Shown in pieces: positions 29,090 to 37,965 of a stretch of DNA of 61,503 bases. Every line of letters starts with the position of its first letter. Within the stretch, counting starts at the first letter, position 1. The translations under genes were made by a program, and so were the position numbers. The notes under the pieces are model-generated. The model had not been told where the DNA came from and did no database searches. It saw only the letters and a program-made list of their open reading frames with translations. Origin of the DNA: Candidatus Thorarchaeota archaeon (lineage in GTDB: Archaea > Asgardarchaeota > Thorarchaeia > Thorarchaeales > Thorarchaeaceae); the NCBI GenBank assembly GCA_020348985.1, contig CP070761.1:1459646-1521148 (forward strand). Reading direction: 5' to 3'.

Positions 29090-30226
29090 CTATCCTCCTA
29101 TGACAAGAAGCGCCAGTCCTGGGAAGTAGGCAATCGCCAGGAGGGCAACGACGACGTTCAACACTGACAGTGGAAGTAAGTACTTCCAGCAGTAGCGCAC
29201 AATTTGATCCTGCCTGAGTCTGTAGAACGATGATGTCACTATTACAAAGAAGAAGAACACAACCAGGAACTTGATAATGAAATTGACAACTGCGGGAATG
29301 AACGGTAGTCCCCAGAAGCCTCCAAAGAATAGTGTCACCAGTAGTGCGCTGTAAAGCAACTGCTCGGCAAATTCAGCGAAGTAGGTCATTGTGAAGTAAA
29401 TGCCTGAGAACTCAGTCCTCCACCCGAAGATGATCTCCGAGTCTGCCACCGGTGCGTCGAACGGAAATGTTCCAACCGAGGCAATCGCAGCCACCAAGAA
29501 TGTGACCATGTTCACTGGCAGAAGAACCACGTACCAGATGCCTGCTTGAGCCTGTGCGATTCCCATCACACTCAACGATCCAGCTAGTAGTGCTGGGCCC
29601 ACCGATGAGATAATCATCGGAATCTCGCATGCAAACTGATTGTTTGCTGCTCTGAATCCGCCTATCAATGAGTACTTCGAACCAGAAATCCATCCCGATA
29701 GAAGCGCTATCACGGGCACTGCTGTTAGGAAGGCAAAGACAAGGACTAGGCTGACTGAAAGGTCTGCAATGAACCAAGAGCTATCCCAGGGGATGAAGGC
29801 GAAAGGCAATAGAACTATGATAAGCAAGAATGATGGTAGGAACCTGTACATCCAGCGTCTGGCTTTCTCTGGGATGATGGTCTCCTTTGAGATGAGCTTT
29901 ATAGCGTCCGCAAACAATTGGAGTCCGCCGTACTTCCCAATGTGAAAAGGCCCTCTTCGCGCTTGTATTCGTCCCCACAACTTCCGCGTAGACCATACTG
30001 CAAATATAATCCCCATCACGATGAAGATTAGCCCAGGAAATATGACCGCCTTGAACAAGAAGCCGATGTTGTAGACAACAACACTCCAGACGTAAACGAA
30101 GATTGCCCAGATGCTGCTGAGCCACCAGAAGATGGCTCGGACCCACCACGAAATGACATCGTGAAGCCAGGTCGGTATTCCAAAGAGCCAGTCGACAATT
30201 CCATCAATCCATGTCTGCATTGTCAT
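29090..30226 (-). CDS. nuoH: NuoH membrane subunit
   Basis: RIQARRGP, GGLQLFADAIKLISKE, SKYSLIGGFRA, PFDAPVADSEI..G..TEFSG and RLRQDQ. ATG 30226 follows a GGAGGTGA SD. Confidence 0.93.
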   Translation of the reverse strand: MTMQTWIDGIVDWLFGIPTWLHDVISWWVRAIFWWLSSIWAIFVYVWSVVVYNIGFLFKAVIFPGLIFIVMGIIFAVWSTRKLWGRIQARRGPFHIGKYGGLQLFADAIKLISKETIIPEKARRWMYRFLPSFLLIIVLLPFAFIPWDSSWFIADLSVSLVLVFAFLTAVPVIALLSGWISGSKYSLIGGFRAANNQFACEIPMIISSVGPALLAGSLSVMGIAQAQAGIWYVVLLPVNMVTFLVAAIASVGTFPFDAPVADSEIIFGWRTEFSGIYFTMTYFAEFAEQLLYSALLVTLFFGGFWGLPFIPAVVNFIIKFLVVFFFFVIVTSSFYRLRQDQIVRYCWKYLLPLSVLNVVVALLAIAYFPGLALLVIGG

Positions 30227-30234
30227 GTCACCTC

Positions 30235-31371
30235 CTAGCGATCCCACCATCCCGGATACGGGTCCAAGCTGCCGAATATTACGATGAAGTCCGCGAACTT
30301 CGAGCTGGGAACGAGATGTTTCAGAGAGTAGTATGAGGAGAAGCAAGGGCCCCGTATCTTGGCCCGCCAAGGAGTCTGCGCCTTGTCCTGTGTCTTCAGC
30401 CATAGTGTGGTAACTCCTCTTGTACCTTCTACTCGGCCGTAGGCTTCTCCTTCTGGAAGTCTGTTGGCCTTGGCTCTGTGCTTCGGGTCGATGATTGGGC
30501 CATCTGGAACCTGAGGCAAGAGCTGCTTGATAATGCCCAATGAGGTCTCGACTTCGAGAAACCTCTGAACCATTCTGTCATACGCGTCGCTTTCCCCAGG
30601 GTGGTCTTCATTGTGAACAGTCGGAACTTCCCAATCACACATATCATATGCAAGACTGGGATCTGGATCATCTTTGCGCAGGTCCATGGGGACACCACAA
30701 GCTTTGATGTTTGGACCTGAGAGACCCCACTTGAGACCCTGCTCTGCTGTAAACTGACCGATGCCCTGTGTTCTAACCCTGAATGTTGGCCCCCTTAGTA
30801 GCATATCTTTGAACTTGGGTAGACGATCCTCGATACGGTCCATTGCTCTCTCGAGCTTCGCGATAACACCTTCATTGAAGTCATACTTGACGCCGCCTGG
30901 GGTGTTGTAAGATACTGCATGACGAGAACCTGAAAGCTCTTCAAAAGCGTCAAGGAAGAATTCTCTATCAACCCATGGCCACAAGAGCATTGTGAAGAGA
31001 CCTAGCTCTGCGGCAAACTGACCCCACCAGAACTGCAAGCTGTGAATCCTACTTGCTTCCATCATTATTGTGCGCATGACCTTGGCACGCTCAGGAACTT
31101 CGAGTCCGGCAATCTTCTCAACTGCAGTCACGTACGGATATTCTGCCAAGAATGCCTCTAGCATGCAGAGCCGCTCCATTATGAGCGCGCCCTGTCTGAA
31201 GTTTCTGAACTCCATGACCTTCTCCGCAGACCTGTGGAAGTAGCCTGCGTTGGGATCACATTCCACGATGTAGTCGCCGACCAGAGTCAGTTTCGTCGCC
31301 CATCCGTGAGCGGAAACGTGCTGTGGACCGAACCAGATCTCGATTGCATCATCAACAATGTCGGTTTTCAT
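30235..31371 (-). CDS. nuoD: NuoD-like subunit without NiFe ligands
   Basis: FGPQH..AHG, GYFHRSAEK, VPERA, GGV..D, GEAYGRVE..RG and C-terminal SLDP....DR; no CxxC pairs. Confidence 0.9.
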   Translation of the reverse strand: MKTDIVDDAIEIWFGPQHVSAHGWATKLTLVGDYIVECDPNAGYFHRSAEKVMEFRNFRQGALIMERLCMLEAFLAEYPYVTAVEKIAGLEVPERAKVMRTIMMEASRIHSLQFWWGQFAAELGLFTMLLWPWVDREFFLDAFEELSGSRHAVSYNTPGGVKYDFNEGVIAKLERAMDRIEDRLPKFKDMLLRGPTFRVRTQGIGQFTAEQGLKWGLSGPNIKACGVPMDLRKDDPDPSLAYDMCDWEVPTVHNEDHPGESDAYDRMVQRFLEVETSLGIIKQLLPQVPDGPIIDPKHRAKANRLPEGEAYGRVEGTRGVTTLWLKTQDKAQTPWRAKIRGPCFSSYYSLKHLVPSSKFADFIVIFGSLDPYPGWWDR

Positions 31372-31937
31372 TCTGGCGACTCTCCTCCTTCCTTGGGCGT
31401 CGTCGATGGCGTAGGCCGCGCAGGCCTCTCTGCCGCTGGGGGTTTTGGTTTCGGTTGTGGGAGACCGGACTCCTCAAGTCGACTTCTATCGGTCTGGAAA
31501 CTCTTCCTTAGAGGATATTTGCCTTCGAGCTCTTCGGGCAGCAGCAGCAGTCTCAAGTCTGGATGTCCGCTGAACCCGATTCCAAACATCTCATGAGTCT
31601 CACGTTCGTGCCACTCGAATCCCGGATAGATGTCTGATACCGATTCTACTTCGGGTGCTTCACCTTCTATTGGAACTCTTAGCTGACATAGAAGCTTGTT
31701 CGAATGCGACCAGAATATGTAGATCAACTCGTACTGGTCATTCTCAAGATCAACAGCAAACATTGACTCGGGAAGAAAGTCGGAGACTGACTCATCAAGC
31801 AATGCGACGATGGCCCGTATCTTGTCGGCAGGCATGACAAGCTCGATTCTGTTTCCCTCTAGTGGATTGGCTTGAACCTCTGGGAACTTGTTCACAATAT
31901 CGCGCCCCAGAGTAGATGCCGAACCAGATGATTTCAT
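31368..31937 (-). CDS. nuoC: NuoC subunit
   Basis: SVSDIYPGFEWHERETHEMFGIGFSGHPDLR...YPLRKSF. Confidence 0.93.
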   Translation of the reverse strand: MKSSGSASTLGRDIVNKFPEVQANPLEGNRIELVMPADKIRAIVALLDESVSDFLPESMFAVDLENDQYELIYIFWSHSNKLLCQLRVPIEGEAPEVESVSDIYPGFEWHERETHEMFGIGFSGHPDLRLLLLPEELEGKYPLRKSFQTDRSRLEESGLPQPKPKPPAAERPARPTPSTTPKEGGESPE

Positions 31938-31941
31938 GTGC

Positions 31942-32262
31942 TCACTCACTCTGCATCTCCTCCTGGATACCGGGGCGTCCAAGATCGACAGTGCCGTATC
32001 TGCTATTGTACATGAGCATCAAAACCATCGCGAGAGCTGTGTGAGCTGCCGCGACTGAAATCACTAGAATCACGAGAGCCTGCCCTGTAAACGTGAAAGT
32101 CTCCATGTAGAGGGAGAGGGCGACAAGCGCGACCGTTACACCATTGGCCATGATCTCTGCGCCAATTAGGACTCGAATCAGGTTACGTTTGACAGCCATG
32201 CCATATGCGCCGAGACCAATCATCATGAAGGAGAATGTTAGATACCAAGACAGGGGGATCAT
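31942..32262 (-). CDS. nuoK: NuoK subunit
   Basis: GAYG...KRNLIRVLIGAEIMANG, GQ.L....SVAAA; 3 TM helices. Confidence 0.9.
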   Translation of the reverse strand: MIPLSWYLTFSFMMIGLGAYGMAVKRNLIRVLIGAEIMANGVTVALVALSLYMETFTFTGQALVILVISVAAAHTALAMVLMLMYNSRYGTVDLGRPGIQEEMQSE

Positions 32263-32930
32263 TCTGCCACCTCCTCCTGCTCATCTTCAGGTTCCTCTGG
32301 ACCATCTACCACCGGTGTTTCGTCCCCACCATCATTCGAGGAACCGATTCCATAGTCCTTGCTCTCTGGGTTCATCCGCTCCGCTTTCTCCATCTTCAGA
32401 ACGGCTATCGCTCCGACTAGCGCTGTAACCATAACAAGAGCAATCATCTGGACGTATATCCCGTGTTCACCCCAAAGCCACACTGCGAGTTGCTCTAGAC
32501 TTTGAGCAAGGTCCACTCGCTGTTGAGGAATACCGGTGTCCCAACCTGCTGGGGCAGGCCATTCATATAGAAGGGCCAGAGCGGCTGCAAATACAACTGC
32601 GAAGATTGAGACAAGAAGTCCCACCCTCCGTTTTGATGGCCCCTCAAATGCCTCCAAGGTCGTATCTTGCGCTCGTGGTAGCAATAGAACGCCGAATATG
32701 ATGAGAACGCTAATACCTCCCGTGTAGACCGCGATTTGCATACCGGCGATAAAGGGAGCTTCCAACAACAAGAAGAAGCCAGCTACAAGGGATGCCATGA
32801 TTCCAAAGGAGAACACTGCATAAACGATGTCCCTGTGTTCCAAAGCCAGATAGGCCAGGAAGAGGACTATGGCGGCAATCGCAATGAACTCAACTGGTTC
32901 GAGAAGATCTACTAGTTCGTTCCCTTGCAT
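32259..32930 (-). CDS. nuoJ: NuoJ subunit
   Basis: LLEAPFIAGMQIAVYTGGISVLIIF and LVGAIAV; ATG 32930 follows a GGAGGT SD. Confidence 0.9.
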   Translation of the reverse strand: MQGNELVDLLEPVEFIAIAAIVLFLAYLALEHRDIVYAVFSFGIMASLVAGFFLLLEAPFIAGMQIAVYTGGISVLIIFGVLLLPRAQDTTLEAFEGPSKRRVGLLVSIFAVVFAAALALLYEWPAPAGWDTGIPQQRVDLAQSLEQLAVWLWGEHGIYVQMIALVMVTALVGAIAVLKMEKAERMNPESKDYGIGSSNDGGDETPVVDGPEEPEDEQEEVAE

Positions 32931-32931
32931 C

Positions 32932-33363
32932 TCAGTGACCTCCAGAATGTCCTGTGCTATGGGCACGGGCTTCCTTTCGCTCCTGGTAGAGTTCAAGGGT
33001 CTCCTTGCCATCCAATGTTGTTTGAGGCAGTGTCCTCATCACGAAGTTGATTCCAAGCATGATAATGACGACGAAAATCAGAGTCTGCCAGACAACAGGG
33101 ATGTCGAGCCTGAGTGACGATGACGCAAGCAGCCATAGGAATGCGCCCATGACGTCGACGACAACGAAGAGTATCGTGTAAATGAAGTAGTTGTACGGGT
33201 AGGCAATTCGAGCGGGACCGATAGGCTCCTCACCACATTCATACGAACTCAGTTTCTCACTGTTCTGCAAAACATGGGGGCGCAATACCCATGATGCAAG
33301 CAACATCACAACAACGAGGACAACACCAAGTAACGCCCAGATCAAGACTGGGATAAAGTCCAT
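32932..33363 (-). CDS. nuoA: NuoA subunit
   Basis: K.SSYECGEEP.G.A and Y.IYTILFVVVDV; 3 TM helices. Start is 33363 or 33375. Confidence 0.92.
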   Translation of the reverse strand: MDFIPVLIWALLGVVLVVVMLLASWVLRPHVLQNSEKLSSYECGEEPIGPARIAYPYNYFIYTILFVVVDVMGAFLWLLASSSLRLDIPVVWQTLIFVVIIMLGINFVMRTLPQTTLDGKETLELYQERKEARAHSTGHSGGH

Positions 33364-33554
33364 GAATAGTCTCATCTTCGGGAACCGTCCCAATGTTTTG
33401 CCAATGGTTGAGCCCTAGGTGGGCGGTCTACCCACTAGGGTTGAGAGGGCCGCGTACAAACAGCCTAGATAAAAACGCTTCGCCATTTTTCACAAAGGAG
33501 TTATATAGAGCATCGAAATGAGAACGCCGCAGTACTGAGCTGGACTCAGGCTAG

Positions 33555-33914
33555 GTGATTATATTGGGATATAGAGAAGAGGGTTCATTCTTCTACTATC
33601 TTGCCCTCCTGATCGGCATGACTCTTGTAGGGGCATACTTCTGGTACATCTTGGACACCCCACTCACGAATACAGTATCTCATTTGATGTTGTTCTTGTC
33701 AGGAGTCCTTCTTGTCGTTTCGACGATGGGCCTTGGATACGCCAATACACGCTCTGGTCGAATAGGATTGACTGCCATGTCCGGCATTTTTGCCGGGGTC
33801 CATGGCTACCTTGACATAACCGTCTTCCCACTCCTTACAGGAATCATACTCTTTGCTTGGATTGCATTTGGCCTAATGTTGGCTTTTGCCGCCTTTGCCT
33901 GGCTAAAAGAGTAA
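33555..33914 (+). CDS. Small 4-TM membrane protein
   Basis: Four hydrophobic helices; own TATA (TTATAT at ~33501); divergent from nuoA. Confidence 0.65.
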   Translation: MIILGYREEGSFFYYLALLIGMTLVGAYFWYILDTPLTNTVSHLMLFLSGVLLVVSTMGLGYANTRSGRIGLTAMSGIFAGVHGYLDITVFPLLTGIILFAWIAFGLMLAFAAFAWLKE

Positions 33915-33926
33915 CTTCCGAGAAGT

Positions 33927-34541
33927 TCAGTCGCCTGAGGAAGGTTCCTCTTCTTCCTTAGGCTCTTCTTTCGTTTCTGGCATATCGACTTCTTCAGGCT
34001 CAATCTTCGACGGCTCACCCTGAACAGTTGCTGGTTCTTCTGGAGTACCCTCTTCTGAGACTTCCTCTTCGCCCTCTTCGGGTTCCTCTGGCTCTTCTGG
34101 CTCAGGGATGTACTTGGCCTGAATCGCCGCCACATCCATAATCCCTGGTGTGACTCTTTCCTCAGGGGAATGCTGGAGTGCAAAGCCACCAGCAAGAAGT
34201 AACGGAGCACCGACTCCCCAAGTCGCAAGGAACACTCCTCCACCAACTTGGAACGAGATCATGACGTAGATCAGAGCAGCGAAAACACTCAATCCCAGAG
34301 CCGGAGCCTTTCTCCTGCCCCGAGCTGGTCTTAGATAGCCCAAGAAGAAGAACGCCATGACTAATGGCAGAAGCAGAATAAGGGAAGTACCAGCAAAGGC
34401 CCCTGCTTCGGCGAGAATAGCGTTCACGTACGCTGGGTCCGTTATTGGCAGGTATAGCATGAAATGGAAGTAGTAGGCAGCGAGGAGCATGAAGCCTAGC
34501 CATGGCACGCAATACTGGTCTGTGTCTTCACGAAGAGTCAT
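33927..34541 (-). CDS. 4-TM membrane protein with an acidic Glu/Pro tail, downstream of the FAD-NuoB fusion
   Basis: ATG 34541 after a GGAGG SD; 4 TM helices, then a PEEPEEPEEGEEE tail. Confidence 0.7.
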   Translation of the reverse strand: MTLREDTDQYCVPWLGFMLLAAYYFHFMLYLPITDPAYVNAILAEAGAFAGTSLILLLPLVMAFFFLGYLRPARGRRKAPALGLSVFAALIYVMISFQVGGGVFLATWGVGAPLLLAGGFALQHSPEERVTPGIMDVAAIQAKYIPEPEEPEEPEEGEEEVSEEGTPEEPATVQGEPSKIEPEEVDMPETKEEPKEEEEPSSGD

Positions 34542-34552
34542 CGCATTTCCTC

Positions 34553-36547
34553 CTACTGCATCATCCCCATGGCATCCTGGTTCTCGTACTTCATCTGCCA
34601 ATGTGTCGTGCCTGCACGAATCTTGTTCTGCAAGATGATATGTGCCCGCACAAAGTCAACTGGCTTGGGCGGACAACCGGGCAGGTAGACGTCAACCGGT
34701 ACAACCTTGTCAGGCGGCGTCATGAGCGAGTAGCCGTCCCAGAAGAGACCCCCACTTGCAGCACACTGACCGAACGACATGACGTACTTCGGCTCGGGCA
34801 TCTGCTCGTAGATTCGTCGAAGCCTTGGCGCCATCTTCTTCGTAAGAGATCCTGAGATCCACAGTACGTCGCATTGCCGAGGTCCGAATAGAGGCAGCAT
34901 TCCGAATCGCTCAATATCCCATCTTGACGCCACTGCGGCCGCACCGTCAACCATGCAACAGCCAAGTCCGTACTGGACCGGCCATGGGCTGTGAGCTCTC
35001 CCCCATCTAAGCATCCACTTCAGTGGCGGGACATTCTGCAGCCACTTGAGCAATATCGGTGCAATGCGGCCGAATCCGTTCCTGAAGAAGTCATAGAATA
35101 TCCAGAGGAAGTACTTGCCGATTCTGAGAATGAATGGAAGCCAATAGGCAAACACCTTGCCTGGGTTCGAGATTTCCTTCGGGTCCCACTTCAGCTTGGC
35201 GGCGCGGATCTTCGCAAGCCGTCGCTTACCAAAGTAGGTCGATGCGTAGTTGGCGAACCATATTCCCGTAGAGTGAGGATGTCCACCGTGACGCTGTGCA
35301 ATCTTGAAGATGACGAAGCTCTGTGCCCAGCTGAACATGAAGAAACGTCGACGCTCGTCTTCGAGGAAGTATCCCATCATCGTAACGCCGTTCTTGGACG
35401 TGACATAGCCATCGATTCCAGCGCGAGCTGAAGCCTGCTCAAACTGGAAATCACTTAGGATTGGTTCAAGGTTTTCAAGCGGAGCAAACGCCTGTCCTAC
35501 AACCAAAGTTGGGCCGCCTTTCTTAACACGCATAGGATAGTAGCGGTCATGCCATTCGTGTTCGGCTACATGCTTGTCATATACAACACCTTGGAACTCC
35601 TCTGCCACGTGCCGAACTAGGGCGTGGCCCTCTTCGACTTCTTCATCAGTTCCGTCATAGGCAACCAAGACCATCCCGTGATGAACAGGGAATGGGAACT
35701 TCTCTTCACTTTCCCAGTTTGCCTTCTTGAGGTCAGTGTACTTGCTCTCTTCGAACTTGATTGTATGAGGCGTCGGTCCTTCCTCAACGATCTTCTCAAT
35801 GGCGAAGACCATCAAGTAGTTCTCGGGAAAACTAGCCACAATCGGTTTTATCGGCGTCAACGGCTTAATCTTGAGTTTGACTTTGGTTATAATCCCAAGA
35901 ATCCCCTCGGTGTCGCACCAGAGGTCAGTATCCTTGCTTCTGATGATTCTACCTTTTGGCAGTACAGCCTCGACTTCAATCACGTTGTCGTTGATTGTGC
36001 CATACTTGAGTGAGCCGATACCGTCTCCGCCTTGTGAAACCCATCCGCCGACCGTGGCAGATAATCCAGATGATGGATAGGCTCTCAGATCCAAGTCGTG
36101 TCGGTTCAACTCGAACTGAAGATTGGCCCAAGAGATGCCAGGCTCAACAGTAACGGTCAGATTTTCTTTGTCGATTTCAACAACAGAGTCCATCCTGCGC
36201 ATGTCAACAACAATGCCGCCCTTTCTCGGAATTGCACCGCCATAACCCGAGGTCCCTGCGCCTCTTGGCACAAGCGGGATTTTGTGTTTGTTTGCGAATT
36301 CGTAGAGGGTCTTGATCTCCTGAGGGGTCTCTGGCTGAACGATAGCATCGGGGTTCGGGTTCATCAGCCACCCGACTTGCTTGGGCAACGACCCGACATC
36401 CATCCCTTGAATAACGAGTTCATGCTTCTCAGTGAGAAGCCGGTCACCGAAGGTCTCGGCGAGTTTAGAGGCAAGTTTCTTTTTCAGCGTCACGCAGGGA
36501 CTCTCCATACTGTCTGCTGATGGTCGGGGGGTGGATTCCTCCGACAT
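34553..36547 (-). CDS. nuoB: Fusion of a VAO/GlcD-type FAD-binding oxidoreductase (N-terminal ~470 aa) and NuoB (C-terminal ~160 aa)
   Basis: FAD domain: PRGAGTSGYGG, VEPG, ATVGG, GILGIITKV, NPGK. NuoB domain: SPWP..YGLGCC, DIERFG, PRQCD, RIYEQMPEPKYV.SFGQCA.SGG, VPVDVYLPGCPP. One continuous ORF. Confidence 0.92.
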   Translation of the reverse strand: MSEESTPRPSADSMESPCVTLKKKLASKLAETFGDRLLTEKHELVIQGMDVGSLPKQVGWLMNPNPDAIVQPETPQEIKTLYEFANKHKIPLVPRGAGTSGYGGAIPRKGGIVVDMRRMDSVVEIDKENLTVTVEPGISWANLQFELNRHDLDLRAYPSSGLSATVGGWVSQGGDGIGSLKYGTINDNVIEVEAVLPKGRIIRSKDTDLWCDTEGILGIITKVKLKIKPLTPIKPIVASFPENYLMVFAIEKIVEEGPTPHTIKFEESKYTDLKKANWESEEKFPFPVHHGMVLVAYDGTDEEVEEGHALVRHVAEEFQGVVYDKHVAEHEWHDRYYPMRVKKGGPTLVVGQAFAPLENLEPILSDFQFEQASARAGIDGYVTSKNGVTMMGYFLEDERRRFFMFSWAQSFVIFKIAQRHGGHPHSTGIWFANYASTYFGKRRLAKIRAAKLKWDPKEISNPGKVFAYWLPFILRIGKYFLWIFYDFFRNGFGRIAPILLKWLQNVPPLKWMLRWGRAHSPWPVQYGLGCCMVDGAAAVASRWDIERFGMLPLFGPRQCDVLWISGSLTKKMAPRLRRIYEQMPEPKYVMSFGQCAASGGLFWDGYSLMTPPDKVVPVDVYLPGCPPKPVDFVRAHIILQNKIRAGTTHWQMKYENQDAMGMMQ

Positions 36548-36685
36548 AAAAACCTAGCGAGATTCAGGCACCGGGTCGGACCACTCGACAGCGATTTTGG
36601 ACGTTTGTCATAGAGAAAAAGTATTAGTGCAGGTTTGTGGGGAACCCGACGACGGAAAGAAGTATGCTTCTGAGGTCTTGAAACA

Positions 36686-37912
36686 ATGAAGTTCCCTCTG
36701 CTTGAACAGTACGGTCTCCAGGACCAGCCTTTTACTTGTGCCCAATGCAGCTTCTGTCAAGTAGGAAATGGTGCATGCCCGACATACAAGGTCAAGCGTC
36801 GTGACAGTTATTCTGGAAAGGGCAAGATGATTTTGGCTAGGACACTCATCCAAGGCAGAATCAAACCCTCTGAAGGGCTCGAGGGTTTGAGAGATGCAAT
36901 CTTTGGGTGCACTCTTTGCGGAGGCTGTGAGGAAATCTGTCAGGTCGACATTCCTTTCGTCAAGATCTATCAGCTTCTTCGAGCAGACTTCCTCAGGAGA
37001 GGAATGTGGCCGGAAGAGCTTGTTCCAATGAAAGAGACCCTTGTCGATGACTTCAACGTTCAGGGTCAGGATAATGATGATAGAGTTGAAGGATGGTCAT
37101 ATTGGCATCCAGATGAAGATGCGCTTCTTGAGAAGGTTGGACAGAACGCGAAGACTGCCTTCTTCTTTGGGTGCAACTCATCATTTAGAGGAGTACCCAT
37201 CCAAGGAACAATTGCGACACTCCTAATAATGGACAAGATTGGCGAGGACTACACAGTTCTCGGAGATGAAGAGTGGTGTTGTGGTGCCCCGTTGATAATG
37301 ACAGGTGACTTCGATTCGGCGCGCAAGTTCGCTGAGCACAACATCAAGCAATACAAGGAGCTTGGTGTACAACGGATAGTAACCAATTGTCCTGGTTGTT
37401 ACAAGATGTGGGCACATGAGTATCATGAATTCCTAGACATTGACCATCCATTCGAGGTTGTCTATGGTGCTCAGTATTTCTCACGCCTCATTGATGAAGG
37501 AAAGCTCGCTGAATTCACCAACCCTCTTGATGTGACTGTTACATTCCACGATGGTTGTGACGCGGGTCGAAACTCAGGCATCTATGAGGAACCACGGAAA
37601 GTCCTCGAGCATCTGCCAGGTGTTACACTCGAAGAGCTACCTCACAACAAAGCCAACTGCTATTGTTGTGGATCCGGTGGAGTACTAAGGCCAGTTGACG
37701 CCGACTTTGCGCTGGAGATTAACAAGCTCAAAGTCGAAGACATCGAGCAGACAAGCGCAGACTGGGTTATTGCCGCTTGTCCATCGTGTGTTGACTTCAT
37801 GAATGATCAACTGCCCCAGACGGGGTCTCAGAAACGAGTAAAGGACCTCTCAGTGCTCGTTGCTGAAGCTTTGGGCCTAACGTGGGATGGGCTTGACGAG
37901 ATCTACGGCTAA
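36686..37912 (+). CDS. HdrD/GlcF-like Fe-S protein (2x[4Fe-4S] plus two CCG domains), copy 1
   Basis: CAQCSFC..CP, CTLCGGCEEIC, FGC..WCCG..CPGC and HDGC..CCG..CPSC. Confidence 0.9.
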   Translation: MKFPLLEQYGLQDQPFTCAQCSFCQVGNGACPTYKVKRRDSYSGKGKMILARTLIQGRIKPSEGLEGLRDAIFGCTLCGGCEEICQVDIPFVKIYQLLRADFLRRGMWPEELVPMKETLVDDFNVQGQDNDDRVEGWSYWHPDEDALLEKVGQNAKTAFFFGCNSSFRGVPIQGTIATLLIMDKIGEDYTVLGDEEWCCGAPLIMTGDFDSARKFAEHNIKQYKELGVQRIVTNCPGCYKMWAHEYHEFLDIDHPFEVVYGAQYFSRLIDEGKLAEFTNPLDVTVTFHDGCDAGRNSGIYEEPRKVLEHLPGVTLEELPHNKANCYCCGSGGVLRPVDADFALEINKLKVEDIEQTSADWVIAACPSCVDFMNDQLPQTGSQKRVKDLSVLVAEALGLTWDGLDEIYG

Positions 37913-37965
37913 GAATCGATGCGCTTTCGACATGTAAATATGTAGCCGTTTACGGTTACAGTCTA

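Noticed and set aside
30235-31371. Group 4 [NiFe]-hydrogenase large subunit
   Set aside because: Both NiFe CxxC motifs are absent (RLCMLE; DPYPGW), and NuoB has the complex I-type adjacent CC.
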